NCBI RefSeq assembly: GCF_006345805.1
Contig: NC_042998.1
Span: forward strand, 98,642,001-98,706,000
Length of the DNA stretch: 64,000 nt
From: Octopus sinensis
Taxonomy: Eukaryota
Direction: 5' to 3'
Part shown: positions 39,690-53,140 of the stretch, piece by piece
Layout: each line of letters opens with the position of its first letter
Numbering within the stretch: position 1 is the stretch's first letter
Translations under genes and position numbers: made by a program
Notes under the pieces: generated by a model
Told to the model about the DNA's origin: nothing
Databases searched by the model: none
The model's input: the letters and a program-made list of their open reading frames with translations, nothing else

Positions 39690-40589
39690 GAGAATGAGAG
39701 AGACAAATAGACAGTACATATTCAGTCATATCACAAAATACAAGGCTGGTTTAAACAGAACAGCATACATAAAGATGATCCAACAAATTCAGCTGTTGAA
39801 TCACTCCAAGAAACAATCTTTGACACAAATGTTGCACATATCTTACATGAATGAACAAGATCAGAAAACAGTGTGTATCAACTTCATATATTTAAAATTC
39901 AATATTTGTTGTTATTTTGCCATCTATGCACACACATGTATACGTGTGTGCACACACACACACACACACACAATGTATATATATATATATATGACAATAA
40001 ACATGCATAGAATTTTCCTAACAGTAAAAATAAATCTGAAAATTTAAGCAAGGAATCACAGACAATTCAAAAGCAGCAATTCTTTATAGCAGCCAACATG
40101 GAAGGCATTAAAATGCAATTGTCACAGTAATCAATAGATGGTACGAGTACAGAAAAAAGAAAACACATAAAATATTCATAGTGCCAAAGAATGGGATATT
40201 ATGATAAATGGAGCAATCTTAGAAATTTGCTAAATTCAGCCAAGACGACATATAGGTCAAAAATGAAAGATGTCATAAAAATATAAGATTGCCAGTTCTT
40301 CTAGACAGAAATGGGTAAAGATCACAGTTAACATGATGAATTGTATGATGGATAATGGTTACTTAAAGGATATTTGATTTATTTTCTGTTTTAAAGAATA
40401 TCATTTTTTAAAACCAATTTCTAATACTAAATGTGTTTATAAATATATCAATTTTATTTAATTCTTTTATTCATTTATGTAAACATATCATGATTTTTCT
40501 AAACATAAACCATAAGATAATAAAGAAAAAAAAAACACAGTAATAAATATTGCTAAAGTACATGAAGTAATAAAAGTTAGGATCAATCC

Positions 40590-40860
40590 AAATAGGTTGT
40601 AATCAATAAAATAAAGTACTAGCCACGTACTGGAGACAACAGAATCAACTTGCCCCTCTCATCAAAACAGCTGGCCTTGTGCTAAAATTATTATTATTAG
40701 TAGTAGTATTCCTCTGAGGTTGACTTTGCATTTCATCCTTTCAAGGTTGATAAAATAAGTACCAGTTGAACACTGGGGTTAATATAATTGATTAAGCCCT
40801 CCCCCCAAATTTTAGGCATTGGTATCTATAGTAGAAAGGTTGTTATCATCATCATCATCC

Positions 40861-40891
<31 letters not shown>

Positions 40892-41093
40892 CATTATTAT
40901 TATAATTATTATTATCATTATTATTATTATAATTATTATTATCATTATTATTATAATTATTATTATCATTATTATTATTATTATTATTATTATCATTATT
41001 ATTATAATTATTATTATCATTATTATTATTATTATTATCATTATATTATTATTATATTATTATTATTATTTATTATTATTATTATTATTATTA

Positions 41094-41127
<34 letters not shown>

Positions 41128-41340
41128 TATTAAGGTGATGAGCTGGCAGAATTGTTAGCATGCTGGACAAAATGCTTAGCAGCATTTTGTTCATCTTTAC
41201 ATTCTGAGATCAAATCCTGCTGAGGTTGACTTTGCCGTTCATCCTTTTTGGGTCATTAAATAAGTACCAGTTGAGCACTGGGGTTGATGTAATCGGCTTA
41301 CCTCTCCCCCAATATTGCTGGCCTGTGCCAAAATTTAAAA
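40590..41340 (+). mobile_element. Family A SINE copies around a ~280-bp (TTA)n array
   Basis: Partial copies at about 40590-40690 and 40710-40840, array at about 40845-41128, full copy at about 41130-41340. Confidence 0.8.
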
Positions 41341-41984
41341 TCATCATCATCATCATCATTATTATTTATTATCATGCAGAATGACAATAACAACACATCA
41401 TCAAATTAAATACCTAAACTGTATTTAGTTTTTCCACTAAATATTCTGAAATTAAATCATACCATTTTTTACTTTTATCTTCTATTTCTTCAGGGTTAAT
41501 AGAATAAATATGCACTAGATTCTTATGTGTGTGCACCCCTCCACTTCAAAATTGTGTCTATGAGTTGATGTAAAGACTAATTTCCCTGATACCTCAGGAG
41601 TTAAGGTAGTTAGTATTAGCCTGATGGTATCATAAGTACACATTGATCAAAATGAAAAGGCATTGGAAAGTTGCTTAATTTCTATACTGCCTTGATTCAC
41701 TCTAATTGTTGATACTGGAAACTGATAATAATTACAAGGTTGTGTGATATTACATCTCATGTGAAAGTCATCTTTCAGGAGCATCTGCCAACCACCAGAT
41801 GTAATTTATAATTTTGACTATGAGGGATTGGATGATAACAAAATATAGCAGCAACAAAAGAGCAATTTTCCTATCTTACACTTCATGTACACCTTGTTTA
41901 TTTCTATAAATTCAAACAAGCAATCAAATGAATGATGATGATGTTAATAGTGATGAGATGAAGATGATGATGATGATTGATAAC

Positions 41985-42160
41985 AACAATGGTTTCTTAT
42001 TTTGTACAAAGTCAGCAAATTTAAAGGTAAAGGTAAGTTGATACCATCAATTCCAGTACTTTATGGATACTTTATTTTTTGACTCCAAAAGGATGAAAGG
42101 TAAAGTTGACCATGATTTAAGCTCAGAACTTAAAGAGCAGGGACAAATATCACAAAGCAC
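41985..42160 (-). mobile_element. Family A SINE, diverged
   Basis: AAAAGGATGAAAGGTAAAGTTGACC core in reverse. Confidence 0.6.
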
Positions 42161-42208
42161 AATACTAATGACGATGATGATAATAATAATAATAATAATA
42201 ATAATAAT

Positions 42209-42708
42209 GTTATCATGTACGTTGTTTTGTCTTGGTATAAAAGATGGGCTACAGCAAATATTCAGCTCAATACCACAAATTTGCTTGTCAGTTGTTTGAC
42301 CTTAACCAGTTGACTATGTCCCTTAGTGGCTGACAATATGTGCATCTCTGATCATGAGCAGAAGTAGTAGGGGAGCATCATATCCGTATGTTGAAAGGAA
42401 TTCTTAGAGGTTTGGATAATTCACCTTTGGAAACATGGGTGGTTCATTCAACATCCTTAAACAATCTTTATTCAGGGACCTTTTGAGCGGGATGGGCTAC
42501 TCGACCAGAAGAAAATTCTAACTGGGCCCCACCTGCAAGGTCATGTGCTGTTTATCTTGATATGAGATCACCATGTTGCGCACATATGGTTGTGATGCAT
42601 GTGCCTGGTGTACCCTTATCAGACAGGTAGTCAGGATGGGTATACTGGGCTTTGTATATTTTACCCCAGTGTCACTTTGATGGCATGCACTGCTCTCTCA
42701 CACAATAA
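42209..42708. repeat. ~500-bp higher-GC segment bounded by (AAT)n on both sides; probable interspersed repeat
   Basis: AAT arrays at about 42170-42208 and 42709-42810; no coding potential seen; no second copy in the window. Confidence 0.45.
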
Positions 42709-42709
42709 A

Positions 42710-42745
<36 letters not shown>

Positions 42746-42746
42746 A

Positions 42747-42810
<64 letters not shown>

Positions 42811-42943
42811 AACAAAGAATATTGTAAACTAAAATACTGAGTGTTATAAAGAAAAGCTGAAGAAAGTTTGTATTGACTACCTGCTTTTTCAGTTTATGGA
42901 GGAGTTTTCAGCATGAGATTATTTCTTTATACACAGATGCATT

Positions 42944-42974
<31 letters not shown>

Positions 42975-43023
42975 TTATGAATTTGTGTTGCAAGTTTCCT
43001 GACATGAAGTCATATTGAAATAG

Positions 43024-43322
43024 ATATTGTTGTATTTCGGGATGGTCATTTTCTGTTTTGCTATATAAACACATGCACTATATATTCGTTCTTCACTCTT
43101 TTATTACTGTTCTTATTCTAACTCATGTCCATTGCCTGAAGAATGGAATAAGCAGAGCAAGAGCACACACAGAGATGGAAAGTGTTGCTGAGGAGGTCAC
43201 AGATGTGTGACAAAAGATTTCCGGACAATGGACATGAGTTAGAATAAGTACAGTAATAAATGAGTGAAGAACGAATATGTAGTGCATGTGTATCTTTGAA
43301 AAAAAATTAACCATCTTGATAT

Positions 43323-43332
<10 letters not shown>
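43024..43332 (+). mobile_element. Foldback element related to the 13-kb one, with a hammerhead-like motif in the spacer
   Basis: Arms about 43024-43134 and 43226-43332; the inner 66 bp have 3 mismatches. The outer ~60 bp resemble the 13-kb arm. Spacer motif CTGAGGA-G-GTCACA-GATG-TGTGAC-AAAA-GATTT-C-CGGAC. Confidence 0.75.
43182..43226 (+). ncRNA. Minimal type I hammerhead-like motif with G12>A core change
   Basis: CTGAGGA at 43188-43194, stem II 43196-43201/43206-43211, AAAA in place of GAAA. Confidence 0.55.
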
Positions 43333-43354
<22 letters not shown>

Positions 43355-43375
43355 GCGTGTGTATGTATACACACA

Positions 43376-43428
<53 letters not shown>

Positions 43429-43559
43429 CTATATCTATATCTATATATATATATACACACATACACATACATGTGAGAGTTGTACTGAAAATAATGCAAA
43501 AGTGAGCATAACCTTTTTATTAATTACCGTAGGTTATTTAAAATTGTACGTGTTGTCAG

Positions 43560-44620
43560 AGTAACTCTAACTCTATATTGTCTTCTTTCTACTCTTTATT
43601 GCAAGCAATTAATGGGTTCAAAGCAGAAGCAATATACTGCTACTGAGTTTTTTTCTGAAGAATAAGTGCAGACTATCCAGCATCCACAGAAAATTACAGG
43701 TTGTGTACAGAGATGATACTACTGACACGAGCAATGAGCATAGAAGGATGGAAAAGTATGAAGAAGAGGAAACTAGTATTGAAGACAATCCATGGAGTGG
43801 GAGACCATAACTGCAACCACTGACATAAATCACCAATGAGGACATAATTTGATTCACATGGACGGACAAGCCCTCATATGTAGGCTTGCTACACAACAGA
43901 TCTATGGAGGAAGATTTTGGTTTTTGGAAAGTGTATGCAAAATGGATAACTCAGTAGTTAACACACAGTTTGAAGGAGAAAAGGGTGAAAGCTTGCTCTG
44001 ACTGTGGAAGCATTTGAAACCAATGAAGACATGCCTTTTTTCTCATCTGGTGACAGAAGATGAAATGTAGCCCCATTTTTATGATCTGGTATGGAAGGCA
44101 TAGTCTATAGAAAGGCATTACCTTCTTCTCCAAGGCCTAAGTAATTTAAGGGATAGAAAATCACAATGACTGTTTGGGATGACAAGGTCGTCATTCTCTC
44201 TGATTTTCTGGAACATGATTGTAACTCAACCAGCAAGTAGAACATTGAGACACTTAAAAAACTTAAAGGCCTTGAGAAATCATTAAGACAGAAGAGCCAA
44301 ACATGAATCTGGAAACAATTCATATATACATTATGACATAGGACCAAACATAATTTTGGTGACAAATCAGGCAATTGACAAATTGAGATAGTCAGTGGTC
44401 TCCCATCCACAATATAACACTGATCTGGTGCATGCTGAATTTCATCTGTTTGGACCAATAATGTTCAGTTTTTGTGGAGAACAATTTGACAGCACAGATG
44501 AGGGGAAAGTGGCTGTAAAGTATAAAGTACAATAGTGCACAGCTGATTTTTTTCAAAGAGGATTTGAAAGAGTTGGGTTTGACACTGGTCCAAATACATT
44601 ATTTGTGACTGAGGAAGATT
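43560..44620 (+). mobile_element. Decayed mariner-type DNA transposon
   Basis: Broken frames give IH.KL..VY, ETSIED...SGRP and a W.TQ.L.H.....R-like segment. Confidence 0.7.
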
Positions 44621-44653
44621 TACCTTGCCACATTTTCCATATTTAAGTACAAC

Positions 44654-44654
<1 letters not shown>

Positions 44655-44718
<64 letters not shown>

Positions 44719-44887
44719 TTTTGAAAATTGTTTATATGCTGTAAATTGTTAAAATATTTAGTCCGAGTTAAATTCCAAAAGAAATATCTTTAAACAATTT
44801 CTCATTATAAATATGCTATCACAAAAGAGACATATAATATATATATGTGGTGTGTGTGTGTGTGTATATATACACACATAAACATAC

Positions 44888-44963
<76 letters not shown>

Positions 44964-44965
44964 AC
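44655..44965. repeat. (TG)n and (TA)n microsatellites
   Basis: (TG)n at about 44655-44708, (TA)n at about 44898-44949. Confidence 0.9.
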
Positions 44966-47730
44966 ATCTGTTGCTAAGTAATAACTTAGAGAGAGGTACT
45001 CAATAAAAATGTAGAGTACTGTAGTTTATTTATGCTGGTCTTGTGATCTGCTACTCTGGAGTTTCATTACAGCATGCTGAAGCTTTGAGTTAAACTGGAC
45101 CCATTTTGATTTGTCTGAAGACATGGCTGCACAATGTGGAAACTCCAGAGTAACTTACAAATGGACTAGCCTATATAAATTACATACACACACAAATACA
45201 CACAGACCTGTGTACATGTGTGTGTGATTTTGAATTGAAATCTTTTTAATGTGAATTTAAGATATTAATATACATAACAACTCTTAGTTTTGGTCATTTC
45301 ACTTACATCAGTAATTCTCAAGGGAAAGACATGGACAGTACAACATCAATTGTTTCCCACTATAAACAATATGCTTAAGAAACCACTCTGATATGCTTTG
45401 ATGGTGTAAGCTGTAGCTATAAACAGGATTGGCAAAAAAAGAACTGGCAAGCTTTCTCAGTTTCTCATGCCTTACACAGACCATTTAAAGAAGAAGGAAG
45501 ATATATTGGCAGAATAAAAGTATGTTAGTGGGTATGCTGGATACCTTTTATAATGATAATCTTACATTTCAATATCTTTAGTTGAATATCCTTGCTATGA
45601 ATTGGTGATATAATTGTATGTTGATTTTTTGGTTTGTTGCTTGCTCTTTTACTGAAATTACCTATTTATTTTTTTATCATTTGAGGTTACCTAAAACTCA
45701 TGTGGAGGCTCCTATTTCTGGTTCAATGATTTTTGGTTAGAGTATTATTAAAACTTGTTATGATGACTTTATTCCTAAGATTATGTTGGCTCTCTGTGAT
45801 AAAACCTAAATCTTGCTAGTAAACTCATAAATAACTTAATTATTGACTTACACTAAATATTATTATTGTGTTAATATTTATACAAGATACAGACACTATC
45901 ATAACTGTTCCTTTTTGAAGACATATTTTAGTTCACTCTGATTTACCCATGCTATAACATATGCTGGCTTCCTTCACATTATGGCTGCATTGCATTTATG
46001 ATTACCTAGAATTAATATAGAGTTCTGTAATGTAAAACGTATTTTCTCTTTGGCTTCCATGTTCATTGACCGCCATGTACCATGAAAGTTAATGGGAAAT
46101 TAGGTTCCATTGTTATGGAACTTCACATCAAGGCAAGATTTTTCGGAAACTTAATGTTTTTGTAATGCAAGAGATGTCTGCATTATTATAAACCACTGAA
46201 GCTAACTGAAATATATTTAATGTATATCTTAAAATGTATTTCCTTGCAAGGAATATAGAATGGAATAGGCTAAAGAAATATTTTGGAAAAAATAAAAAGA
46301 ACAGAAAAACAAAAACAAAATGAGAAACAATGAAATTATTTCATCAGGCTAAGTGCTGGAAAATTATATAACTTTATATCATGTGTAACAAAGACATTCA
46401 AAATCTTTCCTTATATTCTTTCTTTAAATGCAAAAACTGAAATATAATTAAATGAAAGCATAAATAAAGAGTACAAATCTTTCCAAACATACAAAAAAGA
46501 AAAAATGATAATGATAAATAATAATACAACAAAATAAAGTTAATAATTTGTGTCTTTTGGGTGGGGTAGAAAGTGTTATTGTTTACTTAGGTTTAAATAT
46601 ATAAAACAGTTAAGAGTTTGGGAAGAAATAAGAAATATGCGATTTTACAAATAAATTAAAACAAAAAATAAATCTAAAAAAATTGAAAATAACAATCTGC
46701 AAAATAAAAACTGAAATAATATGAAATAATAATGTATATGTAGATCATGTATTGATGTTGATTTGTTTATTCGAAAACGAAAATCATAATATAATTGGTA
46801 TAGAAACTTTAGTTTCTATATATTCACAAACTGGAATTACAATGACCTTATTTTGAATTGAAGACAATCAGAAAAGATTATTAAAAAGATATGATAGAGA
46901 TGGACTAACTCCTATTTTGAGAAAGCTTATTATTTTCTAAATTAGAATAATAATAGTCCATTGTGCTCAGTAACTTTAACAAGGCAGGGTTTTGTATGTA
47001 GGCTTATTCTCATATTCTTTAATTTTGTTTGATTAATGAGAACTACTACAGGTGAGACAAATAATACAAATTCAAATGAAATTCTTTGAAGAGCATCTTT
47101 TGTACCATCTGTTTCTTGCTGTGACAAACTATTAAGTGGGGAGATTACTTTAATAGCACAATGACCAAACATTTTAACAAGAGCAATAGTTCTGAGACTA
47201 GAAACTTGAACAAGAAGCTCAACAACAAGAAGCAAGTTAATCAGAAGCCAGGGATTTGCGAGTCTTAAATCCACTGCTGCATTACATTTGAAAATTCTGC
47301 AGATAATAATAATAATGATAATAATAATAATAGTAATAATAATAAAAGAAAAGTAAAAATGAAGTAGAAATGGTTTAAATCAGGAAGTTAAACAATACTC
47401 AGTTTAACTTTAAATACACATACACACACATGCATATATGTGTATATCTGCATATATGTATATGTGTGTAGGTACGTGTGCGTGTTCACATGTATAAGTT
47501 CAAGTATACATACATTAACACATACGTACTAAGGCGCATACATACACACACACACATATATACACATACTGGTGATCTACCTATTTCTATCCATTTATAG
47601 AACTGGACTGCCAGAAAGCATCAGTTTATAACTGATAGAGACTCTGACCACTACATAAGACTGGCTGGAAACTAAAGTGCAAACTAAACATAACGATATA
47701 ACATCCAATTATGTGAGTGAGAGAAAGAGA

Positions 47731-47777
47731 GAGTGAGTGAGTGAAAGAGTGAGTGAGTGAGTGAGTGAGTGAGTGAA
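47731..47777 (-). promoter_or_regulatory. (TCAC)n cluster downstream of the candidate 42-nt exon; possible Nova/Pasilla YCAY element
   Basis: Plus strand (GAGT)n equals TCAC repeats on the transcribed strand, about 105-150 nt after the donor. Confidence 0.3.
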
Positions 47778-47880
47778 AGAGCACTGTCAGCCTGGTGCAT
47801 GATAGAGTGAACCTACAATATAAGTTAACTGAAGACAGACAGTGTAATATAGTCAAGCAGAAGGCAGAAAGTAAACTCAC

Positions 47881-47922
47881 AGGCTGAGTGAGCAGCGGAA
47901 GCGCTATGTTCCACCAGTAGTT
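47881..47922 (-). CDS. unc-80: Candidate 42-nt cassette exon of unc-80 (E-LLVEHSASAAHSA-W), phase 1 to 1
   Basis: Acceptor ctccatttcattccag, donor CCT|gtgagt. Length is a multiple of 3, it is open in the required frame, and it is 23/42 GC against an AT-rich background. Confidence 0.65.
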
Positions 47923-48071
47923 CTGGAATGAAATGGAGATTTGGCTGTTGCAAACAGAAATAATGATTGCTGTTTCACACACACATGCTTCATTAGTAGA
48001 TACACATATACATACCTCTTACATAGATCATAAATACAGAGACACATTAATCAAACAATATCCTTAGAGGG

Positions 48072-48074
<3 letters not shown>

Positions 48075-48147
<73 letters not shown>
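48075..48147. repeat. (TA)n microsatellite
   Basis: Directly visible. Confidence 0.95.
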
Positions 48148-48148
<1 letters not shown>

Positions 48149-50788
48149 TATAGATATACATACACACACATATATGCACACAGACATACACACATATCCA
48201 GGTGTGAATGTTCACAATCTCACATATCTGAACCTATTTGGCAGCCACTCACTGGTGAATATATGTGCCTGCAAGTGGACATTTACATGCAAGGATGTCT
48301 TTCAAATGAAAGTGACTGTTCATCCCAGAATCCCCACATGGTTCTTGACAGAAGTGGACCCACCATCAATGATACAGGCCCCCAAATACTCATATATTTT
48401 CTCTTCTGTAATTTCCAGTTTATTTGTAGCATGCAAAATGCTGATTTGTAGATTAGGAGACACAACTCAAAATCAAGCACCCTAAAGGGCTAAGTTTTTG
48501 AAATCTACTCCTGAGCCACTGTCTCATCCAAAATGCATGCAAGTTGACTCACACTCATATGCACACTCATACCAATGCACTTATTCTCTCTCTATGCACA
48601 GATATACTCACACATACAGACATACACATACACACATTTTTTGTCCATACAGCAACTGGCTTTCCTTTTATTAGTTGTATTGCAAACTTGTTTAGTGTCA
48701 GTGCAACAGTGAATAGTAGTGAAAACAGCAAGGTGACAGTTAGGCATTCACAAATTTGGGAGGTTTAAAAAGTTTTCTTATTTTTTTTCTCTTTTATTTG
48801 TTGATTTTTAAAAATTGACAGTCATGAAGGAGAGATATTAAGTAAAAATTTTTAAAAAACCCCAAAAAACATGAAATTATGGTGAACACTCCACTACCTA
48901 CCTTTCCATTGATTGTTAAGAAACAACAATGTTATGTAAAATAATTTTAAATGCAGTTCTTGATTTCTCTCTTAGTCAAAAGAGACTTAATGAGAAACAA
49001 TTCATTAAAGAAAAACAAGCATAAGTTTATGTGCAATGTTTCTTCAAATTGACAGAAAAAAGAAATATTTATTCTCCTTCCAGGTCATTCTGAAATATGG
49101 GAGAAAATTCTTCCTGAAAATTAAGGTGTAAAGGAATTTCTGCTTGGATTAACAAAAGAAAGAAGCTAGATAGAAGGTAAAAAAAATTTCATATTCAAAA
49201 GGAGGCAACAAAGTTTCCTTTTTGGAAAAAAAGTGAACGGATTCATAGTTTCAAAAGTTGCATGGTTTAAGTATAATTTTTTGTTAGAAATGTCAACATA
49301 ATAACTTATTAATTGAAAATAAAAAGCAACTTAATAATACTTAACTATACTACACAATGACATCTAATGCAATTGCTACAGGTCTCCAGCTCAAAGTCCC
49401 ATAGAATAACTTACAAAGACATCTATACTAAATATATTAAAGAAACATGTTAATATCATCCTTAGAACTAAAATACCTCTAAAATTCAGTAATTTGTAAT
49501 TCAATAGCCTGTTAGTCAATCTATTAACTACATTGTTTAAATGAATCAATTAAAATATAATAAACAGAGTGAATATTAAGAATAATCAAGAATAATACTG
49601 CAGAGATTCTCTTAGATGCTCTTTAAACAATGTTCACACTGACATGATATCAGGCAGTATAATGTAAATGTTGCTCAGTTTCTTAATAGCTAGACAATAC
49701 TTCAAGCCAACATTTTCACTGAGACAGAACAAAAGAAAAAAGAAAAAAAAACTGGGGCTTCAGAAGAATCATTAAAATTAATTATAACCTTCAGAAATAA
49801 TCAAACAAATCAAGAAATTCTAGTACTATTTCTAGTTGTATTGTAAAACTTACAAAAAATTACTATTAATTTAAAAACATAATTTTTTATATGAGTCAAA
49901 TAGGTAACATTTTAGATTAAAAAAAAAAACAAACGAAGATCAAGAACTGTCATATGAAGGAGAGGGTTAAAGTTCTGAAAATGAATATAGGAAATTTTGA
50001 TTAGACATTTGAAATAAAGGTGTTGTTGTGTAGTGAAGTAAATTTCTTAGATTACCTATATTCATTAAATAAAACAAGAATTATAAAGCATTCTCTGGAG
50101 GTTCAAAAGAATGAATTTAAAATATAACTGATCTGGGTAGTTTATTTATAGTTCCATGTCTTATTGTGTGCAGTATTATTTCTATAGCCCTTCTTTCAAT
50201 TATAAATAATTACTTTTAAAATCAACTTATATTTCTAGACATTCCAGCTTTATTACTGGATAAAGATTAATAGTCATATAAAGATTTAGCATAGGCTATA
50301 ACTAAAACTTTTATATACTAATACTGAGACTAAATTGCAATAAGCTATGTTGTAGTGTTTAAGTAAAACAAGAGTTAATCAGTGATGAAACTTTCAGCAC
50401 AAAGTAAATAGTGAAGAAATTACTTTTTTGCACTTGAAGATGAATAAAAAAATTCTATCTTAGAATATTAAAAAATAGCCATTAAGTATTTTTCCTTCTT
50501 CAAGGTAATGCTGAGGTATTTCCAGAAGTTTTATATGGCTGAAAGATACTTCTGAAGAGAAAGTGAGATTATCGTGTGTTTTGTTTTTGATGTAGAAAGA
50601 TCTACAATATCATAATGACTTTCTCAACTTTTTATTTCAGAGTATTTATTATCAGAATTGTCATTCATTGTTTGCAAAAATGCCAGGAGGAAACTACATG
50701 AACAACTTTTGAAACCATCTATTTTCTGATGATAGAGAAAGAAAAAAATGTGTGTGTGTGTATTGCTTAAGCAACATTACATCATAAC

Positions 50789-50907
50789 ATATATCTATTG
50801 GTTGGGCCATGTATTTGTGGTCTTCAAATGGATATATATCTATTTGTGGTCTTCAAATGGATATATATCTATTGGTTGGGCCATGTATTTGTGGTCTTCA
50901 AATGGAT
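50789..50907. repeat. Local minisatellite: TATTTGTGGTCTTCAAATGGAT three times
   Basis: Direct repeats with two copies of TATCTATTGGTTGGGCCATG between them. Confidence 0.85.
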
Positions 50908-52479
50908 GTATACATATGATTTTAAATGAGTGAAATTGTCACAGAAGTGAAAGCTAGGATTTTTTTACCATAGTAGGCATCAGTCCAAGGATCATTATAA
51001 CCACTAGACTGTGAATTTCTGTGTTTTGTGAAGTGTTGTAACACCAGTGGAGATCAAAATAACAAGTTCATATCAATTAGACACACAAAATAATGTGCCC
51101 TTCCTTTGGTACATTTAACTATATTTTGAAGCTGGAAGAGGTAAGTAGATACTGAAGAGTACAGTGACCAGATAAGAATGTCAGAATTCATGAGGTGAGA
51201 GACCAATAATGAGGAAGTGCAAATAATTGCATCAAGTGGTTTTATTTATGGAGAGAAACGAATCCCTACAGAAAACTTCTACCTTGAAGCAGGATTTGCA
51301 AGCCTATGATACATCAGACGCCTGATTTAAACCAGAAGCACAACAGTTGCAGGAAATTAATTTTTTTGATATGATCAAAAGTGCTTGATCTGCAAATCTA
51401 GCTTCAAGAACAAAATGGCCAATACTGTATAATTGTATATAGAGCCTTTACTATTATAAATTTCTTATATTATGTTCATAATATATTGCATTTGCCTTGC
51501 AGTGAATATCTTAAACAAAATTCTAAGGGCAAAGAATATTCTACACTTTAAATGAGTGGATTAATAAACAACAAAACATTATAATGTAATGATATGGATT
51601 TAAATAGAAACTTGATTATTTAACAAGATATTAATTTTTGTGAAATATTAAATATTATAAGTGAATCTGAAATATTGGTGAAAAATGTTTAAGGGGGTGT
51701 GAATTTCTTATTCACATGTACTCCAATCATGAAATACTGTTAATTAAATGTAACTGCCCACATACAAATCAGCTTACATGCACAAATAAAAAAAAAGGAA
51801 TATATATACAAACATACATATGTTCATACACAGCCTATACACATTACACACACACACACACACAACTTAAAAAAGAATATATACAAAGATACATATGTAC
51901 ATACACAGCTTACAATATATTACACACACACACACACATCCACATCCAAACATCCATATACACACACAAAACCAAACCACACACACACACATACACAAAA
52001 CACACATATAAAACACACAAACAAATATGTTGGCATTAAACTTATTGTATTGCTGAGAGAGAGAAGTAGACAAGTGAAGACAAATCTAATTAGCTGATAT
52101 AAGTTAAAAATAAAAGAAATAAGAAGGGAGAGGTAGTGCTTCTCTGGGAGAACAAGCTGCTTAATTCCAAAACAGATAAAATTATATATAAAAATGAAGT
52201 GTTAATATAAAGGGGTGTAGGGGGGTATGTGCCTTGTTGAAAAGTTTCAAAGTTGTTAATGCTAAGAAGACCAAAAAGTATATTTGACACCATACAGAAA
52301 AATAACTGCTAAATTTGCATTTATTGACAAAGTATTTTAGACCAAAATACATTACCAGGAAATATACTGTCTGTCTATTAACCATTCATACATCTTGTAT
52401 ATTTTTCCTGAGCAGAATAAGGATGTGATATATATGCATGCATGCAAGCATACATACATAGATACGTAAATAAAAAGGA

Positions 52480-53140
52480 ATACTGGTGTTCATAATAAAA
52501 AGGCATACTAGTGGAATGTACCAGTGAAGACCTCAGTGAAATGTAAGCACAATGGATAGAGAAGAGAAACTGTGCACAGCTGTGGAAACTAGCTGCCCAG
52601 TAGATGTTAACATAGAACTGAAGGTCAGTGAAAAAGAGAATACTTATGCTGAACTATTGAGAAATCTGCAGTTACTCTATCCAGATTACAAGTTCACGTT
52701 TATACCTGTAATTATCAGGGCCCTGGGATATGTAACACACTACCTAAATACTAATCTTGAGAAATTGAGCTTCTCAGGACCAGAAAGGAGAAAGCTAATC
52801 CAAAGACTACAGATCTAATCCATCACCGGAACTGTAAAAGTCTGTAAAACTTTCAGAATTTTATCTTTTAAATATATATAAAAATGTCTAGATATGCAAC
52901 TATATGCATGAGAATACATACATAAAACATACAAATCAGCACATACATACATACATACATACATACATACATACATACATACATACATACATACATACAT
53001 ACGTACATACATACATACAAACAAAAATACCCTGTTGTTGATGTTGAAATTCCAATGAAGGAGCTGTGGATTTAGGCTAGAAACCGGCTCTTTCTCTATT
53101 GGCAAGAAGTCTTGAAATAAAACTGAATAATGATGTACAT
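52480..53140 (+). mobile_element. 3' end of the same RLE-type LINE family as 15.0-16.3 kb
   Basis: ORF 52552-52818 (SCPVDVNI..KVSEKEN.YAELLR...FIPVIIRALG), then the same two 3' units separated and followed by (TACA)n. Confidence 0.8.

Noticed and set aside
46942-47274. 110-aa minus-strand ORF inside the long intron
   Set aside because: No convincing splice sites and no resemblance to UNC80 or any family I recognise; it could still be a conserved non-coding stretch.
50789-50907. Repeat-spacer-like look suggestive of CRISPR
   Set aside because: The spacers are themselves repeated, there are only three units, and the context is a eukaryotic intron.
53040-53105. CCAATGA...GAAAC in the RLE-LINE 3' unit, suggestive of a hammerhead
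   Set aside because: None of the three copies has CTGANGA, stem I does not form cleanly, and a simple GAAGGAGC/GCTCTTTC stem-loop explains the sequence better.
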